A DNA stretch of 57,406 nt, from positions 1 through 57,406 of the forward strand of contig DATKUC010000027.1 of NCBI GenBank assembly GCA_035530835.1, written 5' to 3'. Shown piece after piece: positions 27,172 through 36,781 of this stretch. This DNA is from Spirochaetia bacterium. Its GTDB lineage: Bacteria > Spirochaetota > Spirochaetia > DSM-27196 > DATKUC01. The first letter of the stretch is position 1. Each line of letters starts with the position of its first letter. Both the position numbers and the translations under genes were made by a program. A model generated the notes under the pieces. It ran no database searches and was not told the DNA's origin. It saw only the letters and a list, made by a program, of their open reading frames with translations.

Positions 27172-28083
27172 TCAGCAATCCGAAAGTTCGCAGTCTTCGC
27201 CTTCTCTTCCGATTTCTATCGTTGCATGCTGAATCCGATTCTCTAACAGATACGCCCTGACCTGCTTGCGAAGCCCGAAAACCTTGTCGCTCGGAAAGTC
27301 GTCGGGAACCACGACATGAAGCGTTGCGATGTTGTACTCACCGTCAAGTGTCCACGCGTGCACATCATGCACGTCGGTGATTGGGGCCATGCTCTTCACG
27401 TGTCCGATCAGACTGTCGATATCGAGGCCCGGCGGCACGGCCTGGAGGAATATCCGCATGGTTCGCGCGAGGTTCGCGAGTCCGCGGACAAGCACGTAGA
27501 CGGTGATGATTATTGACAGGATAGGATCAATCACCGGGAACGACGTGATGATCATCACGACGCTTCCAATCAGTACCGCAACCCAACCGAGCACATCCTC
27601 GACCAGATGAAGCATGACTGTACGCTCGCTCAGCTTGTGCGAGCCCTTCATGCGGAATGCCGCAAATCCGTTCACCGCGATGCCGATCACCGCAAGCACG
27701 AGGACTCCGGAACTCTTCACCGGAACCGGGTGGGAGAGCCGGGGGATCGCTTCTGTGAGAATGAAGATTGATCCTGCAAGCAGAATCATCGAATTGATAA
27801 GCGCGGACAACAGTGAATACCTGCGAAAACCATAGGAATAGAGTGGAGTCCGCTTTCTGCCGGAGAGTCGCTCGAGAGCGTAGGCAATGCCGAGAGCGAA
27901 CGAATCGCCAAGATCGTGCAGAGCGTCGGAAAGAATTGCCAGACTTCCGGTAAGCAATCCGCCAACAACTTCAATTCCGGTGAAGATGATGTTCAACAGA
28001 AATGCAATCGATATATTCCCGACGCTGGAGTTTGCGCCGGAATCGTCTCCGCTTTCATGATGGTGAAGATGAAGATGCGCCAT
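27172..28083 (-). CDS. Cation diffusion facilitator (CzcD/ZitB-type) divalent-metal efflux transporter
   Basis: His-rich N-terminus MAHLHLHHHESGDD and TM metal-site motifs SDALHDLGD and HLVEDVLGW. ATG 28083 lies within ORF 27172..28338. Confidence 0.85.
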   Translation of the reverse strand: MAHLHLHHHESGDDSGANSSVGNISIAFLLNIIFTGIEVVGGLLTGSLAILSDALHDLGDSFALGIAYALERLSGRKRTPLYSYGFRRYSLLSALINSMILLAGSIFILTEAIPRLSHPVPVKSSGVLVLAVIGIAVNGFAAFRMKGSHKLSERTVMLHLVEDVLGWVAVLIGSVVMIITSFPVIDPILSIIITVYVLVRGLANLARTMRIFLQAVPPGLDIDSLIGHVKSMAPITDVHDVHAWTLDGEYNIATLHVVVPDDFPSDKVFGLRKQVRAYLLENRIQHATIEIGREGEDCELSDC

Positions 28084-28096
28084 AAATCCGCCCGAT

Positions 28097-28987
28097 TCAG
28101 TATGATCGGCCGGACGCGCGACGGTCAAGCCTGATCGGCAGTTTCCGGCGATCGATCCTCTCGCGTCGGAAGACCCACTCCCACGCCCTGCCGCCCTCGA
28201 TGACCAGAGCGGTGCGGCGGCCGATGCCGCGTTCCTCGAATCCCATCGCAGTGTCGATGCACAGATAGCGCCCGTTGCATTTGAGCGTGAACTTGCCCTC
28301 GACGGAGGGAGTATGCCCGCACACGTAGAGCGACGCATCGTTCTGCGTAAGAAAGTGCTCGAGTGCGTAGGAGTAGTACTCGTTATCCCTGGATTCTCGG
28401 CTCCATATGAGACTCCGGCTTTCGGAAAACAGACTGTCCGGCAGAAGATCCGGATCGGTGATCGGCTTTCCGGCGTGCTCGCGGATATCCGCTAGGATCT
28501 CTTCGTGGATCTCGCCCACTGTCCGGTACTGGAATGATACCGGCAGATCGCCGTGACCGAACACGATCGATCCGACCTGAACGGTTGCGCGCTGTCCGAG
28601 CAGCCAGTCGTGCAGCCACCCTCCCGGGGCGAACGCAGTGCGATGTTCCTGGTAGCCTGACGAATCATCCCGTTCCGCATAGCCCTGGATCTCTTCAAGA
28701 CCGGCGTCCCGGTCATACCCGAACATCTCCATCACTTCGTGATTCCCCAGCAGCAGATGCACCTCCGAGCCAACCAGCGGCGCCTGCTTCTGCCACTCGG
28801 CGATCATCCGGTAGATGGACCGGGATTCGGTCCCGCGGTCGCAGATGTCTCCGATCTGTACGAGGATCGTGTTGTGAGCGACCCATCGCATCGATGCAGA
28901 GACGATTCCCAGCCCGACCACGAGCTGGCGGAACGCTTCGATGTTGCCATGAATATCGCCGAGGGCGACAATGCGACGTTCTTCCAT
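28097..28987 (-). CDS. Calcineurin-like metallophosphoesterase (PPP/ApaH-type)
   Basis: GDIHGN, GDICDRG and GNHE motifs. ATG 28987; GTG 28996 is also in frame. Confidence 0.8.
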   Translation of the reverse strand: MEERRIVALGDIHGNIEAFRQLVVGLGIVSASMRWVAHNTILVQIGDICDRGTESRSIYRMIAEWQKQAPLVGSEVHLLLGNHEVMEMFGYDRDAGLEEIQGYAERDDSSGYQEHRTAFAPGGWLHDWLLGQRATVQVGSIVFGHGDLPVSFQYRTVGEIHEEILADIREHAGKPITDPDLLPDSLFSESRSLIWSRESRDNEYYSYALEHFLTQNDASLYVCGHTPSVEGKFTLKCNGRYLCIDTAMGFEERGIGRRTALVIEGGRAWEWVFRRERIDRRKLPIRLDRRASGRSY

Positions 28988-28995
28988 GAGCCTCA

Positions 28996-30327
28996 CTATT
29001 CGCGGGGATTGGTCATGCGCGTCGGTTGCTCGGTGGTTTCGATAACGTCACGCCAGAGGCTGCTTTCCGGGTCTACCCGGTTGCGGCGCCGAACGGCGAT
29101 CTCGATCGGGAGATGCACGAAGGTGTTATTCACCAGGCTTATCAGAATACGCGTCTTGCCCGCCATTGCCGCGTGCACGGCATTGTTCCCCAGACGGGAA
29201 CAATACACCGAATCACTCGGCACCGCTACCGCACTGCGAATAATGTAGCTCGGATCTATGTATTTCAAATTGACCGGAGTACCGATTTTCATGAAATGTG
29301 CGATAATCGTGTCCCTCAGGTGGGTTCCGATATCGCCGAGCTTCCTGTTGCCGGATGCATCCATTCCGTCTTCAGCCGGCAGATGCTCCTGTCCGGCTCC
29401 TTCCGCGACGATGATGACCGCGTGATTGCTCCGCCGCAACCGCTCGCCAAGAAAGTGCAACAGTCCATTTGGCCCTTCGAGATCGAACGGCACCTCGGGG
29501 ATCAGCACAAAATTGGCCTCGTGCGAGGCAAGCGCTGTCTGAGCCGCGATGAAGCCTGAATCCCTGCCCATGAGCTTCACCAGACCGACTCCGTTGATTG
29601 CGGAGTGAGCCTCGGTGTGAGCTCCGCTCACCGCGTGCGCGGCCTGTGCCACTGCAGTCTCGAACCCGAAAGATCGCTGTATGAAGCTCAGATCGTTGTC
29701 GATGGTTTTCGGAATCCCGATGATCGATATTTTCAGACCACGTCGTTCTATCTCATCGGCAATCCGCATTGCGCCCTTCTGTGTCCCATCACCGCCGATG
29801 GTGAACAGCATATTCAGATTCATGCGCTCGATCTCGTCGACTATCTCCTCAACGCGTTCACCACCTCCGCGTGAACTCCCGAGCACTGAACCGCCGATCT
29901 TGTGTATGTCGTCGACGACTTCGGGATTCAACTCCGTGAACGGGAGCTGATTCTCGGGAAGCAGTCCCTGGAACCCGAAGCGGATTCCGGCGATACGCCT
30001 GACACCGTATCGCTGCCACAGGCACTGGACAATTGCGCGGATCACGTCGTTTATGCCGGGACACAAACCGCCGCAACTGACGATGCCGGCGCGTACATGT
30101 CCAGGATTGAAGTAGATATTCTCCCGCGGCCCGGCGATCTGAAGAAGATCAGCCGGATGATACTGCTTCGCCGGCAGCGTCGGATCGACATCGATATCGT
30201 GCAGGATGTAATCATCGTCCCTGACATAATTCGCAATCTGATCGCCTTCCACACGGGAGTAGTGAATTGGCGACGGAATCCTGGCTTCGCCCAGGATAGG
30301 GACGGTGAAATCGTACTTGTGTTCCAT
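28996..30327 (-). CDS. pfk: 6-phosphofructokinase (long, about 440 aa; GGDG motif suggests ATP dependence)
   Basis: [32 protein letters not shown] and [12 protein letters not shown] 30327 lies within ORF 28996..30387. Confidence 0.9.
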   Translation of the reverse strand: MEHKYDFTVPILGEARIPSPIHYSRVEGDQIANYVRDDDYILHDIDVDPTLPAKQYHPADLLQIAGPRENIYFNPGHVRAGIVSCGGLCPGINDVIRAIVQCLWQRYGVRRIAGIRFGFQGLLPENQLPFTELNPEVVDDIHKIGGSVLGSSRGGGERVEEIVDEIERMNLNMLFTIGGDGTQKGAMRIADEIERRGLKISIIGIPKTIDNDLSFIQRSFGFETAVAQAAHAVSGAHTEAHSAINGVGLVKLMGRDSGFIAAQTALASHEANFVLIPEVPFDLEGPNGLLHFLGERLRRSNHAVIIVAEGAGQEHLPAEDGMDASGNRKLGDIGTHLRDTIIAHFMKIGTPVNLKYIDPSYIIRSAVAVPSDSVYCSRLGNNAVHAAMAGKTRILISLVNNTFVHLPIEIAVRRRNRVDPESSLWRDVIETTEQPTRMTNPRE

Positions 30328-30393
30328 GCCGTAATAATAGCCGTAGCCGGTCGGTGTAACAAGCTGCGATCCGGACCGCAGGACCACACGGCC

Positions 30394-30422
30394 TTGACCG
30401 GAACCGGCCTATGCCATACGCT
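30394..30422 (+). promoter_or_regulatory. Sigma-70-like promoter TTGACC-N17-TACGCT upstream of galE
   Basis: TTGACC 30394-30399 and TACGCT 30417-30422. GGAG lies 7 nt before ATG 30454. Confidence 0.4.
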
Positions 30423-30453
30423 CAGGATAGTCCGCGAAACGCAGGAGCGATCA

Positions 30454-31422
30454 ATGCAGATACTGGTAATCGGAGGCGCCGGATATATCGGCAGCCATGT
30501 GGTACGGGCGCTTCTAGACGCCGGTCACAAACCGCACGTGTTTGACAACATGTCGAGCGGAAATGAGGTGAACCTCTTTCCGGAGGCGGGCTTTACCAGG
30601 GGTGACATACTCGAATACGAGGCACTTGAGACGCTCATGCGGAAGGGATGGGACGCGGTGATTCACCTTGCGGCGTTCAAGGCCGCGGGCGAATCCATGG
30701 TGAAGCCGGAAAAGTATTCGGTGAATAACATCTGCGGCACCCTGAACATCCTGAACGCCATGAGCGCTGCGGGTGTCAGGCGGCTGATCTTCTCCTCATC
30801 GGCTGCGGTCTACGGCGAACCTGCCTACCTGCCGGTCGACGAGAAGCATCGAACATCCCCCGAGAACTACTACGGTTTCACAAAGCTGGAAATCGAGCGC
30901 TTTCTCGAGTGGTATGACCGTCTGAAGAGTATCCGCTTTGCCGCGTTACGATACTTCAACGCGGCCGGTTACGACCCGGGCGGTCGCATTCACGGCCTCG
31001 AGCGCAAGCCCGCGAACCTTATACCGATCATCATGGAAGTCGGCATGGGAATGCGCCCGGTGCTTGAAATCTTCGGCAACGACTACGACACTCCGGACGG
31101 TACCTGCGTTCGGGACTATGTTCACGTCAGCGATCTTGCCACCGCGCACGTACAGGCAATGAACTACATCATTGACAGGGATCGCAGCATCACTGTGAAC
31201 CTCGGCAGCGAAAAAGGCATAAGTGTGCAGGAAATCGTCGATGTTGCGCGCAAAGTCACCGGCAGACCGATACCGTCCCGAATCGTGCCCCGAAGGCCGG
31301 GCGATCCGGCACAGCTGGTAGCATCTTCCCAGTTAGCGCGCGAGCTGCTCTCCTGGGTTCCGGCACACAGCGATGCGGAGTCCCTCGTTCGCAGCTCCTG
31401 GACTGCCTACAGCGGATCCTGA
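30454..31422 (+). CDS. galE: UDP-glucose 4-epimerase
   Basis: MQILVIGGAGYIGSH Rossmann motif and YGFTK (YxxxK), 322 aa. The 5' part of ORF 29902..31422 is antisense to pfk. Confidence 0.9.
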   Translation: MQILVIGGAGYIGSHVVRALLDAGHKPHVFDNMSSGNEVNLFPEAGFTRGDILEYEALETLMRKGWDAVIHLAAFKAAGESMVKPEKYSVNNICGTLNILNAMSAAGVRRLIFSSSAAVYGEPAYLPVDEKHRTSPENYYGFTKLEIERFLEWYDRLKSIRFAALRYFNAAGYDPGGRIHGLERKPANLIPIIMEVGMGMRPVLEIFGNDYDTPDGTCVRDYVHVSDLATAHVQAMNYIIDRDRSITVNLGSEKGISVQEIVDVARKVTGRPIPSRIVPRRPGDPAQLVASSQLARELLSWVPAHSDAESLVRSSWTAYSGS

Positions 31423-31616
31423 TCCTGTTCGCGACTCTTCCTGATTCGTTCGGACTGCAGAAACGCGGGGCAGCTTCGCCCGGTTGACCGATGAACGGCG
31501 ACACTTGGCAATTCGCGCGACTTTACGCCGAATACGCGGCATCCGCGCGGGAATCCCGGGTCCCAGGTTACGAAGAAGTGCTGACAGTCGAAACAGTTCG
31601 GATCCTTGGACTGCAT
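31407..31616 (-). CDS. Small Cys-rich conserved hypothetical protein (CxxC..C..C)
   Basis: 69 aa, CFDCQHFFVTWDPGFPRGCRVFGVKS..GRSCPAF. GC-rich third codon positions. It resembles a small protein family I recall being widespread. It overlaps the galE 3' end by 16 nt (convergent). Confidence 0.5.
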   Translation of the reverse strand: MQSKDPNCFDCQHFFVTWDPGFPRGCRVFGVKSRELPSVAVHRSTGRSCPAFLQSERIRKSREQDQDPL

Positions 31617-31748
31617 GGTCGCTATTTTTCATATCGGTGAAACGGAGCCAATCCATGACGTGCACGGTTTTTCGCTTTACAGGGCTTGTAGCATCAATTA
31701 CAGTGGAATCAGGCGAGGCAGGTCCTCGCCCAAAAAGGGGATGAGCGG

Positions 31749-32516
31749 ATGAAAACACACTATTATCTCTCCATCTTTCCGACCGAGGCACTCATTGCTT
31801 CTCAACTGGAACCTGATCGCTTTGGCGCCTACATGGCAATCGGAAGTAAGAACGGATCCTTCGAAAAGATCATGTTTATCGAGGTGAATGGCGATTTCGG
31901 CAACTATTTCGACTGGAAATATGCCGCGGAACGGTGCGTTGCGCATCCGAATGGAACCCCGAAGAACTCGGTGTGGATGTCGGTGTATCGGGCGCTTGAG
32001 AACACTCCGGTTGAGCGCATGGTTTCCCTCTACCTGACGACGCAGGATGGTCGGACGCTCGCACTTCCAAAGTCGGAGTTTCACCGCCCCGCGCAGAAGA
32101 AGAACTACTACGTCTACCAGGAATTGTGCCCGGTTACTCCGCTCGTTGTGAGCGCGCTTGATCCGGCCGATTTTGCCCGCTACATGACCGAGGACAAGAA
32201 TCACGTAAAGGTGCCTGCGGTGGCATTCGCGGATTTGAAAGTCATTGATTTCGCCAATGTGGAGAAGACCGGCAACATCGGCGCGACCTACGACAAGAAC
32301 CTCGAGCATCTGAAGGAATGCGTTCATGCGGTAACCGAACACTCGGACAAAGTGAACAAGAATGTCGAACGCTCTAATCTTGCCTTCGGGTATCAGATCA
32401 TCAACCAGGGCGTGTACGTGAGCGACGGAAAGAACCTTGCGATGTTCGCGATGCCCTCCCACGAAGAGATGCGCCAGAATCATTACGATTGGGCCCGATC
32501 GGCAATGTTGCTTTGA
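31749..32516 (+). CDS. Hypothetical protein, 255 aa, no recognisable motif
   Basis: Balanced amino-acid composition and a strong G/C bias at third codon positions. Preferred over the Arg/His/Leu-rich antisense ORF 31698..32612. Confidence 0.65.
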   Translation: MKTHYYLSIFPTEALIASQLEPDRFGAYMAIGSKNGSFEKIMFIEVNGDFGNYFDWKYAAERCVAHPNGTPKNSVWMSVYRALENTPVERMVSLYLTTQDGRTLALPKSEFHRPAQKKNYYVYQELCPVTPLVVSALDPADFARYMTEDKNHVKVPAVAFADLKVIDFANVEKTGNIGATYDKNLEHLKECVHAVTEHSDKVNKNVERSNLAFGYQIINQGVYVSDGKNLAMFAMPSHEEMRQNHYDWARSAMLL

Positions 32517-32543
32517 TTTATTTGAAAGTGTGATAGAATTGCA

Positions 32544-32565
32544 GAGGGTGGCGGTTGCCACCCTC
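32544..32565 (+). terminator. Perfect 9-bp hairpin GAGGGTGGC-GGTT-GCCACCCTC after the hypothetical gene (weak U-tract)
   Basis: Lies 28 nt after stop 32516. Followed by GTGTTG rather than a clean T-run. Confidence 0.4.
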
Positions 32566-32623
32566 GTGTTGCACGGAAACGGCGCAGTTTCGATCGCGTC
32601 GCCAAGAAGCATTGTTATTTGTA

Positions 32624-32652
32624 TTGATAATCACAGACTTTTCGTCGATAAT
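32624..32652 (+). promoter_or_regulatory. Sigma-70-like promoter TTGATA-N17-GATAAT upstream of the M23 peptidase gene
   Basis: TTGATA 32624-32629 and GATAAT 32647-32652. Confidence 0.4.
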
Positions 32653-32669
32653 AGGTAAGATAACGAGAG

Positions 32670-33608
32670 ATGAAGGTGGGACGTCCTCTATTTCCCCGCT
32701 TGTCCAGCCGGCAGTCCGGTAGGGGAAGCGGTAGATACACACTGAAGATTTTTCCTCCGGGCGCCAAATCCGTAATGCATATTTCGGTGACGACCCCCCA
32801 AATCATCTTCATTCTGCTGCTGCTCGGAACAATAGTCACATTTTCGACATTGATTCTATCGAAAGAGGGCAAAGTCTCCGCTCTCAAACAGAAAGAGCTT
32901 GAATTGCGAAATGCAACGGCAAGCCTCGAGTCGGTGACCGATCAACTGGACAAGCTGTTGAATACCGGGAACCAGCTTGAACAGACCATCCAGCTCACCC
33001 GAAAGACCTTCTACGAAAACACGGGCAATCCGGTGGACCAGCCGGTACCGATCAGCTTCGGACTCGCTGACAAGAACAGCCGGATCGGCGCCCAGTACGC
33101 GAGCATGGAACGCAACATCTCGGATCTGTCGGATTCATTGAAATCGGCAAATCAACTTCTGTCCCAAATCAAGCCGGTGCTCCAGCTGCGAAAAGAGGTC
33201 ATCGCCGACTTGCCGGTCGGATGGCCACTCATAGCGGGGCGCGGCTTTATCACTCAGGGCTTTGGCCCGAGTATCAATCCGTTCAGCGGCTACTACTACA
33301 TGCACAAAGGCGTAGACATTGCCGACGCACCGGGGACACCCGAAGTCGCGATGGGCAACGGTGTCGTCATCGGGACCAACTATGAGCCGCTCGGCTACGG
33401 CAACTACGTGTGGATCCAGTACAAGTACGGATTCCGCACACGGTATGCACATATGAGCAAGATTCTGGTGCACGCGGGAGAGAAGGTGAAAGCCGGTCAG
33501 ATCATCGGTCTCGAAGGCTCAACCGGACTCGTTACCGGTCCGCACCTCCACCTTGAACTCTACCTTGGTGACGAACTGCTCAATCCAATGGCCTTCCTTC
33601 ACCGATAG
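32670..33608 (+). CDS. Membrane-anchored M23-family peptidoglycan DD-metalloendopeptidase
   Basis: HKGVDIA, GYGNYVWIQY, RYAHMS and GPHLHLE zinc-site motifs, an N-terminal TM segment IIFILLLLGTIVTF, and a coiled-coil linker. ATG 32775 is an alternative start. Confidence 0.85.
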   Translation: MKVGRPLFPRLSSRQSGRGSGRYTLKIFPPGAKSVMHISVTTPQIIFILLLLGTIVTFSTLILSKEGKVSALKQKELELRNATASLESVTDQLDKLLNTGNQLEQTIQLTRKTFYENTGNPVDQPVPISFGLADKNSRIGAQYASMERNISDLSDSLKSANQLLSQIKPVLQLRKEVIADLPVGWPLIAGRGFITQGFGPSINPFSGYYYMHKGVDIADAPGTPEVAMGNGVVIGTNYEPLGYGNYVWIQYKYGFRTRYAHMSKILVHAGEKVKAGQIIGLEGSTGLVTGPHLHLELYLGDELLNPMAFLHR

Positions 33609-33610
33609 CA

Positions 33611-34081
33611 CTACAGTCCGATCGCGCGAAGTGCACCGATTGTTTCGGCTGCAGTCCGATGCAGTATGAAAGTGCCTCCCATCGATTCCCAGCTATCACG
33701 TATGCTCTCACGGTCGTCGACCAGCACCGGCACCGAATCTGCCGCGTACTCGCGCGCCACCTTCGCCTTGTCTCGGGACATGCAGGTAACAACCGGCACA
33801 TGTTTCCCCAGTTCGCGTTCGCACCAGGCAATCTTCTGCGGTTTCGCCCAGTTACCCAGCGGCAAGCCGGTCAGGATGATCGGTGAATGGCGCGATGCAT
33901 AGCTCCATAGTTCCTTTCCGTCGGCAGTCCAATCGAGGAGAGCGTAGAAGTCGGGAGTACGCGCAAGCCACGGCCACATCTGACGGGGCGACATCTCGCT
34001 GACAAACTTACCCGTGTGCTCGTGGACCCCGCGTTCGAAATCGACGAGCACACCATCAAGATCGACAAAAAGTGTATACAC
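33611..34081 (-). CDS. HAD-superfamily 5'(3')-deoxyribonucleotidase-like protein (NT5C type)
   Basis: LFVDLDGVLVDFE (DxDG motif I), 156 aa. Confidence 0.7.
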   Translation of the reverse strand: MYTLFVDLDGVLVDFERGVHEHTGKFVSEMSPRQMWPWLARTPDFYALLDWTADGKELWSYASRHSPIILTGLPLGNWAKPQKIAWCERELGKHVPVVTCMSRDKAKVAREYAADSVPVLVDDRESIRDSWESMGGTFILHRTAAETIGALRAIGL

Positions 34082-34149
34082 AACCTGCGATCATACGGGA
34101 AGTGTTACCAGTTGTCAAAAGCTGTTGACTGAACTGTCTGACACCCCCC

Positions 34150-35457
34150 ATGATAGTTGAAGAGGTGAAGAATACGTTTGACCAGGAACCTGTTGATATT
34201 GATGTCTCGACCTCGACTGCCCTTCTCATTGCGGTCCAGCATCCGGGCATGGTCGCGCAGGAAGTTGCCGATTCACTTGATGAATTGAAGCAGCTGGCTG
34301 CAAACATCAGCATAGAGACTGCGGAGGCGATAATCGTAAAGCTTCCGCAACCGCACCCTCGATTCCTCCTCGGCTCGGGGAAGGTAGATGAGATTATTTC
34401 CCGCGCCCGCGAGCTTGGGGCGGGTTTCATCATCTTCGACGAAGATTTGAGTCCCGCTCAGCAACGCAACTGGGAAAAGCAATCCCAGTTGTGCATCATC
34501 GACCGGCACGAAGTGATACTGGAAATCTTTGCAGACAGGGCATTCACCCGGGAAGCAAGCCTTCAGGTCGCGCTTGCGCGGCTCGAGTACTCTCTGCCGA
34601 GGCTGAAGCGTCAGTGGACCCATCTATCACGCCAGCGCGGCGGCGCACGTGGCAACAGGGGCGAAGGCGAAACGCAGCTCGAGGTGGACCGACGCGTCGC
34701 ACTCGATCGTATTGCGAAAGTCAAACGGGAACTGACGAAGGTGCGCGGCCAACGGGCCACAATGAGGAAGCAGCGGGCCGCGGTGCCGCTTCCCAGCGGT
34801 GCGATAGTCGGCTACACAAACGCAGGCAAGTCTTCGCTGCTCAATGCGCTCACGCATGCGGGCGTCCTTGTGGAGAACAAGCTGTTCGCGACGCTCGATC
34901 CGACCACCCGCCGCCTATCGCTCGAAAACGGTACGGAGGTGCTGCTGACGGACACCGTCGGGTTCATCCGCCGTCTTCCGCATGATCTTGTCGATGCGTT
35001 CCGATCAACACTCGAGGAGACGGTACTCGCCGACTTTCTCATCCACGTAGTCGACGGATCAAGTGAAAACCGCGATCACGAGATGATGGTGACGCGCCAG
35101 GTGCTCGAAGAGATAGGTGCCGGAACCAAGCCGGTCATAACGGTGCTGAACAAGATGGATCTTTCAGGCGGCGTCCATGCAGCTGCCCCCGGCGGAACCG
35201 TCGAGGTTTCAGCGCTCACCGGAGCGGGCCTCGAGCGGCTGCTCGCAGAGATCGCGGATATCGTCGCCAGAGCCGTAACGATGGAAGTCATTGATTACCG
35301 CTTCCCGTCGGCGCGCTCGGACCTCGCCGCGCTCGTGCACCGGACCGGGCATGTGCTCGCCAAAGACTATGTCGATGAGATGATCCACATTCGGGCGCAG
35401 GTGCCGGAGAAGACTCGCAACCTGCTCGAGGCATATCGGGCGCGGCAGTTGAGGTAG
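34150..35457 (+). CDS. hflX: GTPase HflX
   Basis: GYTNAGKSSLLNAL, FATLDPTTRRL, DTVGFIRRLPHDLVDAF and NKMD. Confidence 0.9.
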   Translation: MIVEEVKNTFDQEPVDIDVSTSTALLIAVQHPGMVAQEVADSLDELKQLAANISIETAEAIIVKLPQPHPRFLLGSGKVDEIISRARELGAGFIIFDEDLSPAQQRNWEKQSQLCIIDRHEVILEIFADRAFTREASLQVALARLEYSLPRLKRQWTHLSRQRGGARGNRGEGETQLEVDRRVALDRIAKVKRELTKVRGQRATMRKQRAAVPLPSGAIVGYTNAGKSSLLNALTHAGVLVENKLFATLDPTTRRLSLENGTEVLLTDTVGFIRRLPHDLVDAFRSTLEETVLADFLIHVVDGSSENRDHEMMVTRQVLEEIGAGTKPVITVLNKMDLSGGVHAAAPGGTVEVSALTGAGLERLLAEIADIVARAVTMEVIDYRFPSARSDLAALVHRTGHVLAKDYVDEMIHIRAQVPEKTRNLLEAYRARQLR

Positions 35458-35511
35458 TCTACCGGAGCTTCATTCGGTGAAGGTTGCGCAATATCCCCGA
35501 AACCGGGCATG

Positions 35512-36708
35512 TTACGCGCGCACAGTGTACATTCGGTGTATCTTGTACGCCTCGACGCCGAGCCTTCGCATATCGGACAGCATCAGATCCGTGTTCTCCG
35601 CAATCTGGGTCAGATCCGCGTGGACAAAGCTCCTGCCGCCGCGGAGAGAACCGATGGTCCGCGCAAGCTCGTGGTACAGGAGTGCGTTTCCACCGAGCCG
35701 CTGGTACTGCGGCAGGATGCCTGCGCCGTTGATGATCAGACGTCGCGTCCGTTGGAGCTCAACAAGAAGGCGGACAATCGAGAGCGGGGTGAGCCTCCCA
35801 TTTGCGCTTCGTATCGCCCCGGAAACATCTGCAAATCCAAACAGAAAGCCGACAATTCCGCCGTCGTAGCAGAGGATCTTCATGAGGTCCGGTCGCGCAA
35901 TGGTAAGCAGATCCTTCGTGACCTGGGCGAGCTCGGCACTGGTCAGAGGGTACCCCTCAATGTGATCAGCCAGCGTTTCGTTGTAGAGCGCGGCAACCTC
36001 TGGTGCGTGCACCGTGAGGTCACGTTTCCTTGTGAAGCGCATCACACTGAATCGACCCCGCGCAATAACCTTCTCCGCGACCGAAGTCACCCGCTCCGGA
36101 AGTCGAAAGCTGTCAGGATCGAGACTGAAGGAGAAGAAATCCAGAAGCTTCGTGAAGCCAAGGGCTTCCATCGCACGCGGATAGTAGGCGTGATTGTATC
36201 CCATCATCGTCATTGCCGCGCGATGCTCGAATCCGTGAACGAGCATGCCGCTCCCTGTTGCTCCAGCGAACAGCATCGGCCCCGACAGGTCGGTCAGACC
36301 GTTTGCTCTCGCCCACGCTCTGCCTGCATCCATCAGGGCGCGGAACACCTCGACGTCATCTACCGCATCAAAGAAATAGAAGTGCGCGGTGCTGGTGCCA
36401 TGACTGTCGTTGTATCGCGGATTTGAAACAACGCAGACACGTCCCAGGACACGCTCCGCGCGCAGCCCCTTGCCGCGAATCCGCGGCAGATTGATTTCCG
36501 CATCAGCACGCGATGGCTCCCCGAGTGCGAGAAAGAATACTCCCTTTGCATGTCCGAAAAACGGGTGGTGACGGCGGAGTATGGTTCTCATGTCTGCATG
36601 GAACCACGGGACCCAGCACTGGCTATCTCTGTATAACGCAAAAGGCAAACGAATGAAGGCCCGCTCAGACCGAATGTCATCAACTTCAATGACTCGCACT
36701 GCACCCAT
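35512..36708 (-). CDS. GNAT-like N-acetyltransferase family protein (long form, about 400 aa)
   Basis: Acetyl-CoA motif-A-like YQRLGGNALL near the C-terminus and FIRLPFALY..WVPW at the N-terminus. ATG 36708 lies within ORF 35512..36792. Confidence 0.6.
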   Translation of the reverse strand: MGAVRVIEVDDIRSERAFIRLPFALYRDSQCWVPWFHADMRTILRRHHPFFGHAKGVFFLALGEPSRADAEINLPRIRGKGLRAERVLGRVCVVSNPRYNDSHGTSTAHFYFFDAVDDVEVFRALMDAGRAWARANGLTDLSGPMLFAGATGSGMLVHGFEHRAAMTMMGYNHAYYPRAMEALGFTKLLDFFSFSLDPDSFRLPERVTSVAEKVIARGRFSVMRFTRKRDLTVHAPEVAALYNETLADHIEGYPLTSAELAQVTKDLLTIARPDLMKILCYDGGIVGFLFGFADVSGAIRSANGRLTPLSIVRLLVELQRTRRLIINGAGILPQYQRLGGNALLYHELARTIGSLRGGRSFVHADLTQIAENTDLMLSDMRRLGVEAYKIHRMYTVRA

Positions 36709-36756
36709 TTCACGATGGTGCCACAAAAGGTCGGAACTGTACAACTCGACCCGGTC

Positions 36757-36765
36757 TGGTATAAT
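36757..36765 (+). promoter_or_regulatory. Extended -10 promoter element TGgTATAAT upstream of ogt
   Basis: TG 36757-36758 and TATAAT 36760-36765, 16 nt before ATG 36782. No good -35 element. Confidence 0.4.
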
Positions 36766-36781
36766 AGCGCAAGTAGCAGCT

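Noticed and set aside
31333-31791. 152-aa minus-strand ORF overlapping the 69-aa Cys-rich ORF in another frame.
   Set aside because: It is an Arg/Ser/Gly-rich, low-complexity-like sequence. The 69-aa frame has the better codon bias and a recognisable Cys pattern.
31698-32612. 304-aa minus-strand ORF overlapping the 255-aa plus-strand ORF 31749..32516.
   Set aside because: The plus-strand frame has G/C-biased third codon positions and a balanced composition. The minus-strand product is Arg/His/Leu/Val-rich with no motif. It is most likely a shadow ORF.
32566-32774. Possible riboswitch (c-di-AMP/ydaO type, common before cell-wall hydrolases) ahead of the M23 peptidase.
   Set aside because: No ydaO-type conserved blocks are visible. 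If ATG 32670 is the true start, most of this region is coding. Only a promoter-like element is reported.
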